From: Klebsiella phage vB_KpnM_KB57
Sequence record: NC_028659.1
Strand: one strand, 5' to 3'
Length of the DNA: 64,000 bases
Both the position numbers and the translations under genes were made by a program. Numbering within the stretch: position 1 is the stretch's first letter; every line of letters starts with the position of its first letter. Below are positions 28,431 to 37,539 of the stretch, in pieces. The notes beneath the pieces were generated by a model. That model was not told the origin of the DNA, did no database searches, and worked only from the letters and a program-made list of their open reading frames with translations.

Positions 28431-28931
28431 TTAGGCTGTCTGCGGAAGTTCTGGCTGAGGGTCTCCCTTGGTCCATTCTCTGAGATTGATGATATATTTC
28501 TTCATATCCTCAACCTTATCCTCTTCACCAAGCGCAGCATAAGTTGATAGGAGTATTGCGGCCCTTTGGAAAAGTCCTTGTTTCTTATTTTCAAAGATCC
28601 TGTCTTCCATCCAATCCACTTTTTCGAACTCTTCACCATTAAAGATATGAGTTCTATTAGAAAAATCGCTTGGGAGAGATTCTACAAATCGGAAATAACA
28701 ATCCTCAGGGAAAAATCTAGTAGGATCTGTATCTGCCATATAAACTTGACCATTTGTATCATATTGAATATAGATACCTTTCTGGTTAATTTTTAGTTTT
28801 GACAAAAAGTCATACCAATCCTGACCATTTTCATCCTTAAGATATAAGGCGCCTGGGACTGCAACCTTTTCCGGGGAATACCTGGTCCACTTCATATCGG
28901 TTATTTTCATTAAAGCCCCACTGTATACCAA
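28431..28931 (-). CDS. putative tail fibre assembly chaperone
   Basis: 166 aa, immediately downstream of a fibre gene, overlapping its stop; position-based. Confidence 0.35.
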   Translation of the reverse strand: MVYSGALMKITDMKWTRYSPEKVAVPGALYLKDENGQDWYDFLSKLKINQKGIYIQYDTNGQVYMADTDPTRFFPEDCYFRFVESLPSDFSNRTHIFNGEEFEKVDWMEDRIFENKKQGLFQRAAILLSTYAALGEEDKVEDMKKYIINLREWTKGDPQPELPQTA

Positions 28932-29955
28932 ATGCCATCAAGAGCTTTCTGTAAGAATCGGAACCTTATCTCATCAATATCATGCAGATAAAGATCTCCA
29001 CTGGCGTTTGCATCAATCAAGCCAGTCAATACAGAGCCGTCAGGTCCACGCGCAAAACGTCCACCTGAACCATAATTTTCAAAGTCAACGTTAACTTTGT
29101 TTTGCTCACCACTCCAACGAATGTCGGAAACACCGATACTGATATACAGGTCACCATTAGCATTTGCAGCTGTACTGTTCACTGCACGAACAATTGATCT
29201 TCCACCAACAGTTGCGTTGTTGGAGTTTACTACGAGGTTTTGTAACGTAGCTGTACCACTAACACCAAGGCTGGTTGTCTGAATATTACCACCATTATTA
29301 ATGGTTGTCGATGCTAAGGTTCCTGTCGTCATCGTACCTGTGGCTGTAATATTACCCTGGACCCTTAACAGCGCAGTGTTTGTACCAGTTGCATTAAGCT
29401 CCATCATGTTGAATGGTGAAACTGTAGCAGAGTTGTTTACAGGAACAAAGCGGAACCTCATGATATCTACATTAGGTTGTCCAGCTACACCAGGATTATC
29501 ACCAATTACAAAATCTAAATAGGTTTGGTCAGTACCTAAGGTGGTTGTGATGTGTGCAGTATCGCTTGCATCAGATGGGAAGGTAATACGCGGAACAGTC
29601 AAAGGACCTGTCATCGTGTCACCTTCAACATTCACATAACGATTATCCCCTTCAGCTTTACTATAGACCTCTAGATTAGTACGAGCTGTGGCCTTATTCT
29701 CCACATCACTTAAGTTCTGGTCTTTTCTTAAATAATCAGCTGCCATACCAGGAATTTGCTCAGTGGAAATGTAAGACATCCACCAAGTCATCATGTTAAG
29801 AACATAGTTAAGTTCTTCACAAGCGGGCTTCTCACCCAAATCCCAACCTTATCCCAAAGATCAGCGATAGGGGAGATTTTATTTGCGGTATGAGCATTAG
29901 GTAACACGACGTCACTTTCAGCCCATATCTGAAGAGGAATAGTAGGAATTGCCAT
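28910..29955 (-). CDS. tail fibre protein, reading frame interrupted: N-terminal 54 codons (29791-29955, MAIPTIPLQIWAESDVVLPNAHTANKISPIADLWDKVGIW...) in a different frame from the body (28910-29848)
   Basis: good SD+ATG at 29955; body contains fibre motif GDNRYVNVEGDTMTGPLTV; frames overlap 29794-29848. Confidence 0.45.
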
Positions 29956-29964
29956 GATTCTCCC

Positions 29965-30594
29965 TTATAATAGTGTGTTCTCTTCTTCGGAGGTATAGAT
30001 AAGACTGGATAGGCCACCAGTCCCTGTTCGCGATGTGCTTACAGACCCAAAACCGATTGCATAGGAATCGTTTTTAAACCCAAAAGGTAGCCCTTCTGAT
30101 TTTACCAGTCGAAGGTACGTAGGCATAGGGAGCATATCTTTTATTTCTTGTATAGCTGTTTCTATCTCGAAACAACTATTAAAGATATTGATATCAAAAC
30201 GATAATTATCACCTTTGTAAGTGGTAAAATTCTCGGCTCCGAAGAGTTGCTTCAGCGTCCCAATCACCTCAGGTCTGGTCCCGTGTTTAGCTGTGCTTGA
30301 GAGCAGGATTGTGATAATGGCACGATAATTCATATCACTCAAGCCATTTCTGTCAATCCCCACTTGAGCACCAATCTCATCCAAGTTGACCCCTCCGGCA
30401 TTCTGGAGGAGACGCCCTTCTGCAAGATTGACCATCATCTCATCTACAGCCTTCATTCGTTCCAAATACACGGATAAAAATTTTACAAGGTTTTCTTTTT
30501 CCCGTAAAAAGTCCCCCGGCAGGTAGTCAATACCGTCCGAAACGAAATCATCCAATGGATGGATGTGGTTGACATCTTTTATCGTATCTGCCAT
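29965..30594 (-). CDS. baseplate/tail structural protein
   Basis: 209 aa, located between baseplate J-like gene and fibre genes. Confidence 0.35.
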   Translation of the reverse strand: MADTIKDVNHIHPLDDFVSDGIDYLPGDFLREKENLVKFLSVYLERMKAVDEMMVNLAEGRLLQNAGGVNLDEIGAQVGIDRNGLSDMNYRAIITILLSSTAKHGTRPEVIGTLKQLFGAENFTTYKGDNYRFDINIFNSCFEIETAIQEIKDMLPMPTYLRLVKSEGLPFGFKNDSYAIGFGSVSTSRTGTGGLSSLIYTSEEENTLL

Positions 30595-30602
30595 AATCCC
30601 TC

Positions 30603-32096
30603 TTAGATTATCTGTAGGAATGTAATATTATCAGTGTCGATAGAGAATACCTCATCCATCCCTGCAACAACATCAGAGGTTGTATAAGAAGTATCAGGAT
30701 CTCCGACGTTCTTGACATCCACATAAAGTTGTGTAAATCTACCAGCAGAGATAGAAGAACCTACAGCAGATACAAGCTGGATATTGTATAAAGTGTCAGC
30801 AATGTTAAGCGGGTCAATAACACCTTTGAGGGCGGACTTTATAGTATCCTGTTCAGTGGTTGAGAGGACCTTTCCTTTATAACGGACACGGATAGCCAAA
30901 TCCCGTGCCTGTGCTTTACTGTGATAAATTCGTTCTGTCTGATTATCCTCAGTAGGGACATCATAAAAAACATTACCATAGGTAGCGTTAGACAAAGCAA
31001 TTGAATTATAAAGTGCCTTGCTAATATCTTCAGTAGACCCACCATACACCACGGTCTCAAACTTATACGGTGGTATTCCATTCTGGTCTGTAGTCCCTGT
31101 GTTATTTGAGAAGATTTTAACCTTACTTACACCACTCACCCCAAGGACAGCACTCACCACCGCAGGTCTGGTCGCAGCCGCACTCGATGCTGTTGTGTTA
31201 GAAGCCCTGACCTTGTATTCGGTGTCGGTCTCAACATCTGTACCCTCTGTGAAGGCATTCATGTTGTTAAGGCTGATGAACCCACCCGGTGTTGGGGAAA
31301 TCGAGGTTACGGTGTTTTTCTCTCTCGACAGTTCACCTGCCTCAACAGCAACAACATCCATTGTGATTGTACGTTCACCAACAATTGGTGATGTCCTGAA
31401 ATCAACACGGCTATTAAGGCCGATCATTTCAAGATTAGTATCATACCCAATGTACAATGCCCCGTTTTGAGAGTCAATGATGATCCTATCATTATTAAGC
31501 TCGGAGGTATTGTTGACAATAAAGCTCTTGACAGAGGCCATGAAAGTGTTAAGCTGAGAGCTATTAGGGGTTTTATTGGTCAACTGAAGAGTTGTTTGAC
31601 TTGTTGTTCCGGTGTTTTGATTATTGATCTGGAAACTATAAGTACCTACAACCCAGTCCTTATTGAGAATTTTTTGTGCCAGTATGTTACCCGCAAGGGT
31701 GGTGTCGTCATTTAATACAAATGTACCACTATCAAGTGTATATGTGTTTTGGGCATATACCATGTTGTAAGGGACAGTATTGTTAACTGTCATCTCAACA
31801 GACCCTGAACTTTTTGTTTTTCCTCGACGATAAACACCTCTTCTGGAAAGCAACTCATCAAGGTAAATACCTTCAGCTCCAGCAAGGGTCTGAGCGGAAT
31901 AGATGGATGCTGCCAGAAGGATAATCTGGTATTCTCTCTCGTTAAAGATGGTTGTCAACTTGTCAGCAATTGTGTTAGCTTGCGTGTTGAAATTTTCACC
32001 GAAAGTTCTAATGAGGGTCTGTTTTGTGTCTGCGATAAGGTCATCAAGAGAGGGGATAGTGAAACCGTAATCGCTCAATCCATATTGAGTTGCCAA
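30603..32096 (-). CDS. baseplate wedge protein (baseplate J / gp6-like)
   Basis: 497 aa, N-terminal region typical of Baseplate_J family, position in baseplate block. Confidence 0.45.
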   Translation of the reverse strand: MATQYGLSDYGFTIPSLDDLIADTKQTLIRTFGENFNTQANTIADKLTTIFNEREYQIILLAASIYSAQTLAGAEGIYLDELLSRRGVYRRGKTKSSGSVEMTVNNTVPYNMVYAQNTYTLDSGTFVLNDDTTLAGNILAQKILNKDWVVGTYSFQINNQNTGTTSQTTLQLTNKTPNSSQLNTFMASVKSFIVNNTSELNNDRIIIDSQNGALYIGYDTNLEMIGLNSRVDFRTSPIVGERTITMDVVAVEAGELSREKNTVTSISPTPGGFISLNNMNAFTEGTDVETDTEYKVRASNTTASSAAATRPAVVSAVLGVSGVSKVKIFSNNTGTTDQNGIPPYKFETVVYGGSTEDISKALYNSIALSNATYGNVFYDVPTEDNQTERIYHSKAQARDLAIRVRYKGKVLSTTEQDTIKSALKGVIDPLNIADTLYNIQLVSAVGSSISAGRFTQLYVDVKNVGDPDTSYTTSDVVAGMDEVFSIDTDNITFLQII

Positions 32097-32184
32097 TTCG
32101 TCCTCCTTTCAGGACCATGATTCTTTTGTATATTTTACCATACGTGGCAGTGTTTTGCAAATAAAGGGGGAGGGGTCATAAATG

Positions 32185-32208
32185 AAAAAACCACCCCGGA
32201 GGGTGGTT
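32185..32208 (-). terminator. rho-independent terminator (minus strand) at stop of short fibre gene
   Basis: ACCACCCTCCGGGGTGGT + T6 on minus strand. Confidence 0.55.
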
Positions 32209-33034
32209 AGTTACCGGACAGAGAATTTTCCAAGGCTGAAAGGCGCTTGTCAAGATCTTCCTGCACCGCAATTGTTGCTCTAAGTATCCAAAATAAGAGT
32301 TCTTCTTTTCTAAAAGCGAATTCTTCACCTGCGGGAGTATCCCCATTCGCTTCCCAGCTATCATAGCAGAAAGCTGAATACTTGGTCCAATCGAGACCGT
32401 GTTTGAGCATGACCTTAATAGCATCCTGCACAGTAGGCCCTGAATGAAGCCTAGCAGCACCCTTTTCAGAAGAGTATTTAGACAACCATTGCCATACAGA
32501 ATCTAGTTTCCCAATTTCATAAAAAGCTTTTGCTTCTGTAGGTGTGATTTGTCGAAGATTTGTTTTCTTCTTTTTATTTGAGGTGGAGATTACACTGTTA
32601 ACTGCATACACTTGACTCCAACGCAGGGATGTTGTACCGTTGGACAATACATTGTCTACCTTAGGAGAAAATGATGCTAAAGGTGTTGATATTTGAACAC
32701 CATAAGTTCTTTGCACAGGGCTAAGGGCAATGGTGTCAACATGTGTTCCGATCTCATTCCCAGTAGTAGAGAAATAATATAAGTTCTGCCAACTATTAGA
32801 AAGACTATCCAAAACTTGCTGTACAGTAGCCCCCGAGTGAGTCCCTATGACGGAGGCGCCTGTGATACCTGTTACTTCACTTCTTTTCAGAAGTCCTATA
32901 TCGGTGATGAACTTATTAATGGATGTCTTCTCAGTGTCAGTGGAAGATTGGATAATAATTTCATCACTGCCTGTTACAAGAGTTTTATCAGAAAGATTTT
33001 TTATCTTGATAACAGGTAGTTCTATTGTAGCCAT
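32207..33034 (-). CDS. short tail fibre protein
   Basis: 275 aa; N-terminal MATIELPVIKIKNLSD... attachment-like; followed by terminator. Confidence 0.4.
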   Translation of the reverse strand: MATIELPVIKIKNLSDKTLVTGSDEIIIQSSTDTEKTSINKFITDIGLLKRSEVTGITGASVIGTHSGATVQQVLDSLSNSWQNLYYFSTTGNEIGTHVDTIALSPVQRTYGVQISTPLASFSPKVDNVLSNGTTSLRWSQVYAVNSVISTSNKKKKTNLRQITPTEAKAFYEIGKLDSVWQWLSKYSSEKGAARLHSGPTVQDAIKVMLKHGLDWTKYSAFCYDSWEANGDTPAGEEFAFRKEELLFWILRATIAVQEDLDKRLSALENSLSGN

Positions 33035-33202
33035 TTTTTACCCCCAATTAACCCATATTTAGAGACCGCAATTTTATCATCTGTCGTTAAAATCCCACCC
33101 ATAAGAATTGTAGAACTAAATCGGGCCATGATTATTTTGTATATTTTATCACGCAAGACATTGATTTGCAACAATAGCAAGGGATGCAAAAAGTCAAGAG
33201 AT

Positions 33203-33228
33203 TAAAACAAAAAGGCCCGTAAGGGCCT
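33203..33228 (-). terminator. rho-independent terminator (minus strand)
   Basis: AGGCCCTTACGGGCCT + TTTTTGTT on minus strand. Confidence 0.55.
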
Positions 33229-33233
33229 CTTTA

Positions 33234-34061
33234 TTATGGAATTGTGGATGGGTCTGTAGGGATTGTGTCCCCAGCATATTTCCCACCGGTTCCAAAGTTA
33301 ATGTTGTAAATCTGCTGCTCTGAGTTCAACAGTTCTGCATATGTCATACCAGAAGCATCGATATCAACAAAGTGCATACGATAAAGGACAAATGATTTAC
33401 AAGAGTTGTTTACCAATGAACCGAAGCCAGATGCAGCACCCCATACAGGAAGGTCTTGGTAATAAACTGTAGAAGTGAAATCAGTCCCAGCTTTATCTGA
33501 TTGCAGACCCATCAGTGCGGGAGCACTCTGAACCGTATTCGGCAGACGAAAAACGATCAGTCTGTTAGATGATGGAGACGTCTGCGAAGCAATCAGCGCT
33601 TCTGTTGCGGATGTTGCACCAGTCCCTGCTCCGGCTCTTGTCACACGATAGTGCATGAAGAGTGCAAATTTATGGTCATTTTGGTGTGTAGCAACATACT
33701 CCATGATGCCCGGAGTTTGGAATCTACCCCTGTGACCTGCGACTTGGTTCGCCTGGGAAAGAATACCATGCAACCCGCCCTTTGGCGTTCTTTCAAACTT
33801 AGCCTCAGGGGTGGCCCCTGTAAGACCAAGTGTATTTGACCAAGTGAATGCCAGATCGGCCTCAGTCTTCCCAGTCAATCTTGTTGCTTCAGAAACCGCA
33901 AGATTGGGGATTCCGGTAACAACAGAAGTGAAATCAATATTACCAAGCTGGCTGGCATCCAGCAATGCCAGCGAACCATCGGTAAGGCCTGGGTAGGCCC
34001 TCAGTTGAGGCAGTCTACTATCTGTAAACTGAGCGCCTTTCAGGTTATAAAGAATGCCCAT
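33234..34061 (-). CDS. hypothetical virion/fibre-associated protein
   Basis: 275 aa, within fibre cluster, followed by terminator. Confidence 0.35.
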   Translation of the reverse strand: MGILYNLKGAQFTDSRLPQLRAYPGLTDGSLALLDASQLGNIDFTSVVTGIPNLAVSEATRLTGKTEADLAFTWSNTLGLTGATPEAKFERTPKGGLHGILSQANQVAGHRGRFQTPGIMEYVATHQNDHKFALFMHYRVTRAGAGTGATSATEALIASQTSPSSNRLIVFRLPNTVQSAPALMGLQSDKAGTDFTSTVYYQDLPVWGAASGFGSLVNNSCKSFVLYRMHFVDIDASGMTYAELLNSEQQIYNINFGTGGKYAGDTIPTDPSTIP

Positions 34062-34070
34062 TTAATCCCC

Positions 34071-36395
34071 TTATCTATAGAAGTGATTTTTTGTAAGAAT
34101 ATCTGCAACACCGTCCCTTGCAGGAACGTTTGTATAGCCAGTGCCAAGAGAGAATCCATCTCCACCATAACACAATGCTGTGCCTCCTGCATTGCTAAGG
34201 TGCGTTCTGTCAATGGAGTTTTCGATCCAAGTTCCGCCGGAGTTATAAATAACGTTACCAACATTAGAAGAGGTATCTGTTCTCAGGTAATAGTCCCCTG
34301 AAGATCCTCCGGTTGGTAAGGCAGTTCCTGTCCATGTTCCTTTATACACTAACTGATTAGTTGTTAATCCGGTAAGCGTGGAACCGTTAAAGAAAGACCA
34401 CGGCAAAATGCCATATTTGGCAGCAACTTGTTTCTCTGTCATTCCTGGGAATGTAGGATCAATTGCATCTGTTGCAGCAGACAGGAGAATCTCATATGTA
34501 TTGGCATATCTTCCAGGCATGATTCTTGAATACCAGTCAGAAAGCTCATACAAGATACCAGTTTTAGCAAATTGGTCTTCTTGTTGTTGCACAACAATTC
34601 GTGTTCCGTTCCAAGTCATGGTTCTCTGACCAAGGATAGTCAAGAACAATGTCTTAATATCCCTTGCGCCAGCAAGTTGAGCCATTTGCATGGACACTTC
34701 TCGTAATTGAGCCGCATTCAGGTCTGTGCTTGGTTGGTTATTTTGACCATGCCATACAACAATCGTCTGTGCCTTGTAGTTATCTCCCCAAGAAAGAATT
34801 TCTTTCTTGAACATTCCGAGAACTTGCTCAGAAGTAGAACCACCATAAGACCTGACTTCACCAGTTACACCTGTTGCAGAAATGATCTGTGTTCCAGAGG
34901 ACCCGCTACCAAACATGGAATCGCCGATCAGCAACTGCTTGCTTCCAAGAACTTCTTGGATCAGTGTCATAACTTGAGCCTTCATTCTGACACCAACCGG
35001 AACATCATTTTTATCTGTTCTACGGACTTCCCATTCGTCAGAATTTGATGTGCATCTTAGGGCAACAGAACCGCCAGCAGCCACCGTAATCACAACATCA
35101 TCATTCATGACCTTAATCCATCCAGAACCATCATACCATCCATAATCACCAACGGCATAGGTGTCTGCACCTATTACTCCTGTTGAGGTGGCTTGGTATA
35201 CCCCGTTCTTAATTGGGTCGGTCGGTAGAGATGCAGGGGTGAATTCTCCTGCGTAGAAAAGTCTGTCTGAGGAGCTTGGAATAGCTACCCATGTTGGTGT
35301 AAGTCGAGCACCACCCGCAGTTTGGTTGGTCAAGAACATCAGCTTATCGCCCTGTTTCACTTCCATCGCATCAAACCAGCCGTCGGCAGTTATGGTAAAG
35401 TACATATCAGGTGCTCTTTGAGCACCACGCCCTGGGGATGGTTGAATTGCCCAAGCAGCGCCGTCATAAACAAGATGATCTCCAAGATAGATATCTTGAC
35501 CATTCCATGTTCCGGGGGTCGTTTCTGAGATGTTATTGTTGCTATTATATACTTCATAGGTATAATAGTCACCAGCATTAAACGTTCCCGTCGGTGTGCT
35601 TACCGGAGTGCTAGTGAAGCGCCCCTTTTTAACTTTGGACTGCAATGCCCCAGGAGAATATGCCCCAACAAAAGCTTTTCCTGTGAACTGAAGACCTGCT
35701 GATTTTCTAAACTGTAAAGAAACACCAGAGGTATTTACACCGATCATCGCCTTACAGATATGGGATGGGAATTGCGCCCATCCTGAACCTGCTTTACGAA
35801 TAGTTCTGACAGAAATCTCTGCCATTGCTGCACGCATAGGTTCCGGTCTGGCATCTACAACATCTGCGGCTACTGGGATGATATTTGCCGTTACCTCATC
35901 AGCGAGGTTCTTCATCAGCACCACTTGCTCACCTAAGGCGAATAGTGGAATAGTGACGTGACCATCAACTGCAACTAAAAGGGCATAACGAAGAGTAACG
36001 GGGTCTCTTAGGCCATATACATACCCAGTATCTGGACTTAGAGATACAGGAACCAATTGAGACATCTCTTCATCGAGAGAAGTTAGGCCAACACTTGCTT
36101 CAGGGATCTTGAGCATTGGCATGGTAACCGTTCCGTTAACGGAAACAAGCATAGCATATTTTTTAGTAACAGGATCTCTTAGACCAAAAACATAGCCTGT
36201 TTCGGCACTCATACTTTCAGGAAGGAGTGTAGCCACCTCATCAGCGAGGTTGTTAAGGGTAATCACCCCCTGCCCAGCAGACAGAATTGGAATCTCTACC
36301 GTCCCTGCTGTTGTTACCCGTAAAGCAGATCTCTGAGTAACAGGATCTCTTAGACCAAAAACATAACCTGTTTCCGGGCTAAGGTTTTCTGGCAA
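34071..36395 (-). CDS. tail fibre/tailspike with N-terminal triple tandem repeat and C-terminal SGNH (GDSL) esterase domain
   Basis: 3 x ~58-aa repeats (ETGYVFGLRDPVT...); SGNH blocks: LLIGDSMFGSGSSG (I), SYGGS (II), VWHGQNN (III), DRTH (V). Confidence 0.55.
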   Translation of the reverse strand: MPENLSPETGYVFGLRDPVTQRSALRVTTAGTVEIPILSAGQGVITLNNLADEVATLLPESMSAETGYVFGLRDPVTKKYAMLVSVNGTVTMPMLKIPEASVGLTSLDEEMSQLVPVSLSPDTGYVYGLRDPVTLRYALLVAVDGHVTIPLFALGEQVVLMKNLADEVTANIIPVAADVVDARPEPMRAAMAEISVRTIRKAGSGWAQFPSHICKAMIGVNTSGVSLQFRKSAGLQFTGKAFVGAYSPGALQSKVKKGRFTSTPVSTPTGTFNAGDYYTYEVYNSNNNISETTPGTWNGQDIYLGDHLVYDGAAWAIQPSPGRGAQRAPDMYFTITADGWFDAMEVKQGDKLMFLTNQTAGGARLTPTWVAIPSSSDRLFYAGEFTPASLPTDPIKNGVYQATSTGVIGADTYAVGDYGWYDGSGWIKVMNDDVVITVAAGGSVALRCTSNSDEWEVRRTDKNDVPVGVRMKAQVMTLIQEVLGSKQLLIGDSMFGSGSSGTQIISATGVTGEVRSYGGSTSEQVLGMFKKEILSWGDNYKAQTIVVWHGQNNQPSTDLNAAQLREVSMQMAQLAGARDIKTLFLTILGQRTMTWNGTRIVVQQQEDQFAKTGILYELSDWYSRIMPGRYANTYEILLSAATDAIDPTFPGMTEKQVAAKYGILPWSFFNGSTLTGLTTNQLVYKGTWTGTALPTGGSSGDYYLRTDTSSNVGNVIYNSGGTWIENSIDRTHLSNAGGTALCYGGDGFSLGTGYTNVPARDGVADILTKNHFYR
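35874..36395 (-). repeat. in-frame triple tandem repeat (~174 nt unit) at 5' end of SGNH tail fibre gene
   Basis: three ~58-aa units PExxSxETGYVFGLRDPVTxxxALxVxxxGTVxxPxL... Confidence 0.55.
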
Positions 36396-37348
36396 AATCC
36401 TTGAGTACCCAGGGAAGCAATATATTCCGAAAGTTGTTTCAGCACCTCTTGAGAAGGGACTCTCCTTCCAGTCAGCTCCAATGTTCCGTTATTATTGATA
36501 TACTCATCAGACATATATCCATACTCAGAACTTTTCACAAGAACATTCTGTTGGTTAGGGATATTCCCGTCCGCTATCTGAGCTTGGGCATCGGCTACCG
36601 TTGCGAATGTGCGAAGCGTCTTGGCTATTGCAGCAGAGCCTGGCATACTCGCAACTTCTTGTGCAACCCCTGCGTTATTAAGATAGGCTTTAAAAGAAAC
36701 AGAGCTTCCTGATCCTTGGGGGACTTGGAAATATTGTCCAGAAGTTGTTGCCGCAAGGCCAGCCGCAGTGTTTGGATATAGATTTCCAAATTCTGAAGCC
36801 TGAAGTACGTAAGCCTCGGCTTGATTTTTGGCCTCAACAGCCTCATCTTTTGCTTCTACCGCCTCATTTTTTATCTCGGTAACTTCATCTAATAGGCTTA
36901 ACCCTCCAACGGTAAGCCATTCAGATCCTGTATTGGACGGTGTTGATCCAGCAGGTACAGATTTTGGAAAAGTACCCGACCAAGTGTAACATTGTGCCCC
37001 CGACATATGCCAAATAGCATCGGTTGTGTAGGTAAGGGTCGCTCCTTCCTCAAAAGAACCGTCCACAAGTGTCAAACCAAGGTCGTGGAGTGCTCTTCTC
37101 CAAAGTTCTCTTGTATTTGCGCGATCGGTATCAAGACTTTTCTGAACTCCCTCGCCATCTTCTGTGCCGATAATACCAGCCCCACCAGGTCCTGTCAAGG
37201 ATGATTTATTTGCCAAGTCAAGGTCTGAGATAACCTGAGAGGCGGTGGCCTTTTTGGTCTTATCCGGTTGTTCTACAACAAGGTAGTCGTCTCCGACCAC
37301 TTGGGTTGCAGAGGGTAACTCCGCAATTTTAATTGTTTCTAAGGCCAT
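36350..37348 (-). CDS. tail fibre/tailspike N-terminal module protein
   Basis: N-terminus MALETIKIAELPSATQVVGDDYLVVEQPDKTKKAT shares the ELPSA anchor motif with the 37540-39501 spike; 3' end overlaps the next fibre ORF. Confidence 0.45.
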   Translation of the reverse strand: MALETIKIAELPSATQVVGDDYLVVEQPDKTKKATASQVISDLDLANKSSLTGPGGAGIIGTEDGEGVQKSLDTDRANTRELWRRALHDLGLTLVDGSFEEGATLTYTTDAIWHMSGAQCYTWSGTFPKSVPAGSTPSNTGSEWLTVGGLSLLDEVTEIKNEAVEAKDEAVEAKNQAEAYVLQASEFGNLYPNTAAGLAATTSGQYFQVPQGSGSSVSFKAYLNNAGVAQEVASMPGSAAIAKTLRTFATVADAQAQIADGNIPNQQNVLVKSSEYGYMSDEYINNNGTLELTGRRVPSQEVLKQLSEYIASLGTQGFCQKTLARKQVMFLV

Positions 37349-37539
37349 CTTTTATCCTCCAAGAAATTCGCCTGAGACAGTCTATGGTGATTGTCATATA
37401 ATTGTTAAAGCTTTGCATGGCGAAGGTGGGCCACCATATCCGCCACAACAGGTTGTTCTTCACTAATCTTTGCAGGCCATAGTTAGTACGAATGGTTGCG
37501 TATGCCATTATTGTGGCCCATTTTCATTTCTATGTTGTT

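Noticed and set aside
29832-30017. 61-aa minus-strand ORF spanning the fibre/baseplate gene junction
   Set aside because: Wrong frame relative to the well-initiated ATG at 29955. Overlaps the upstream gene's stop.
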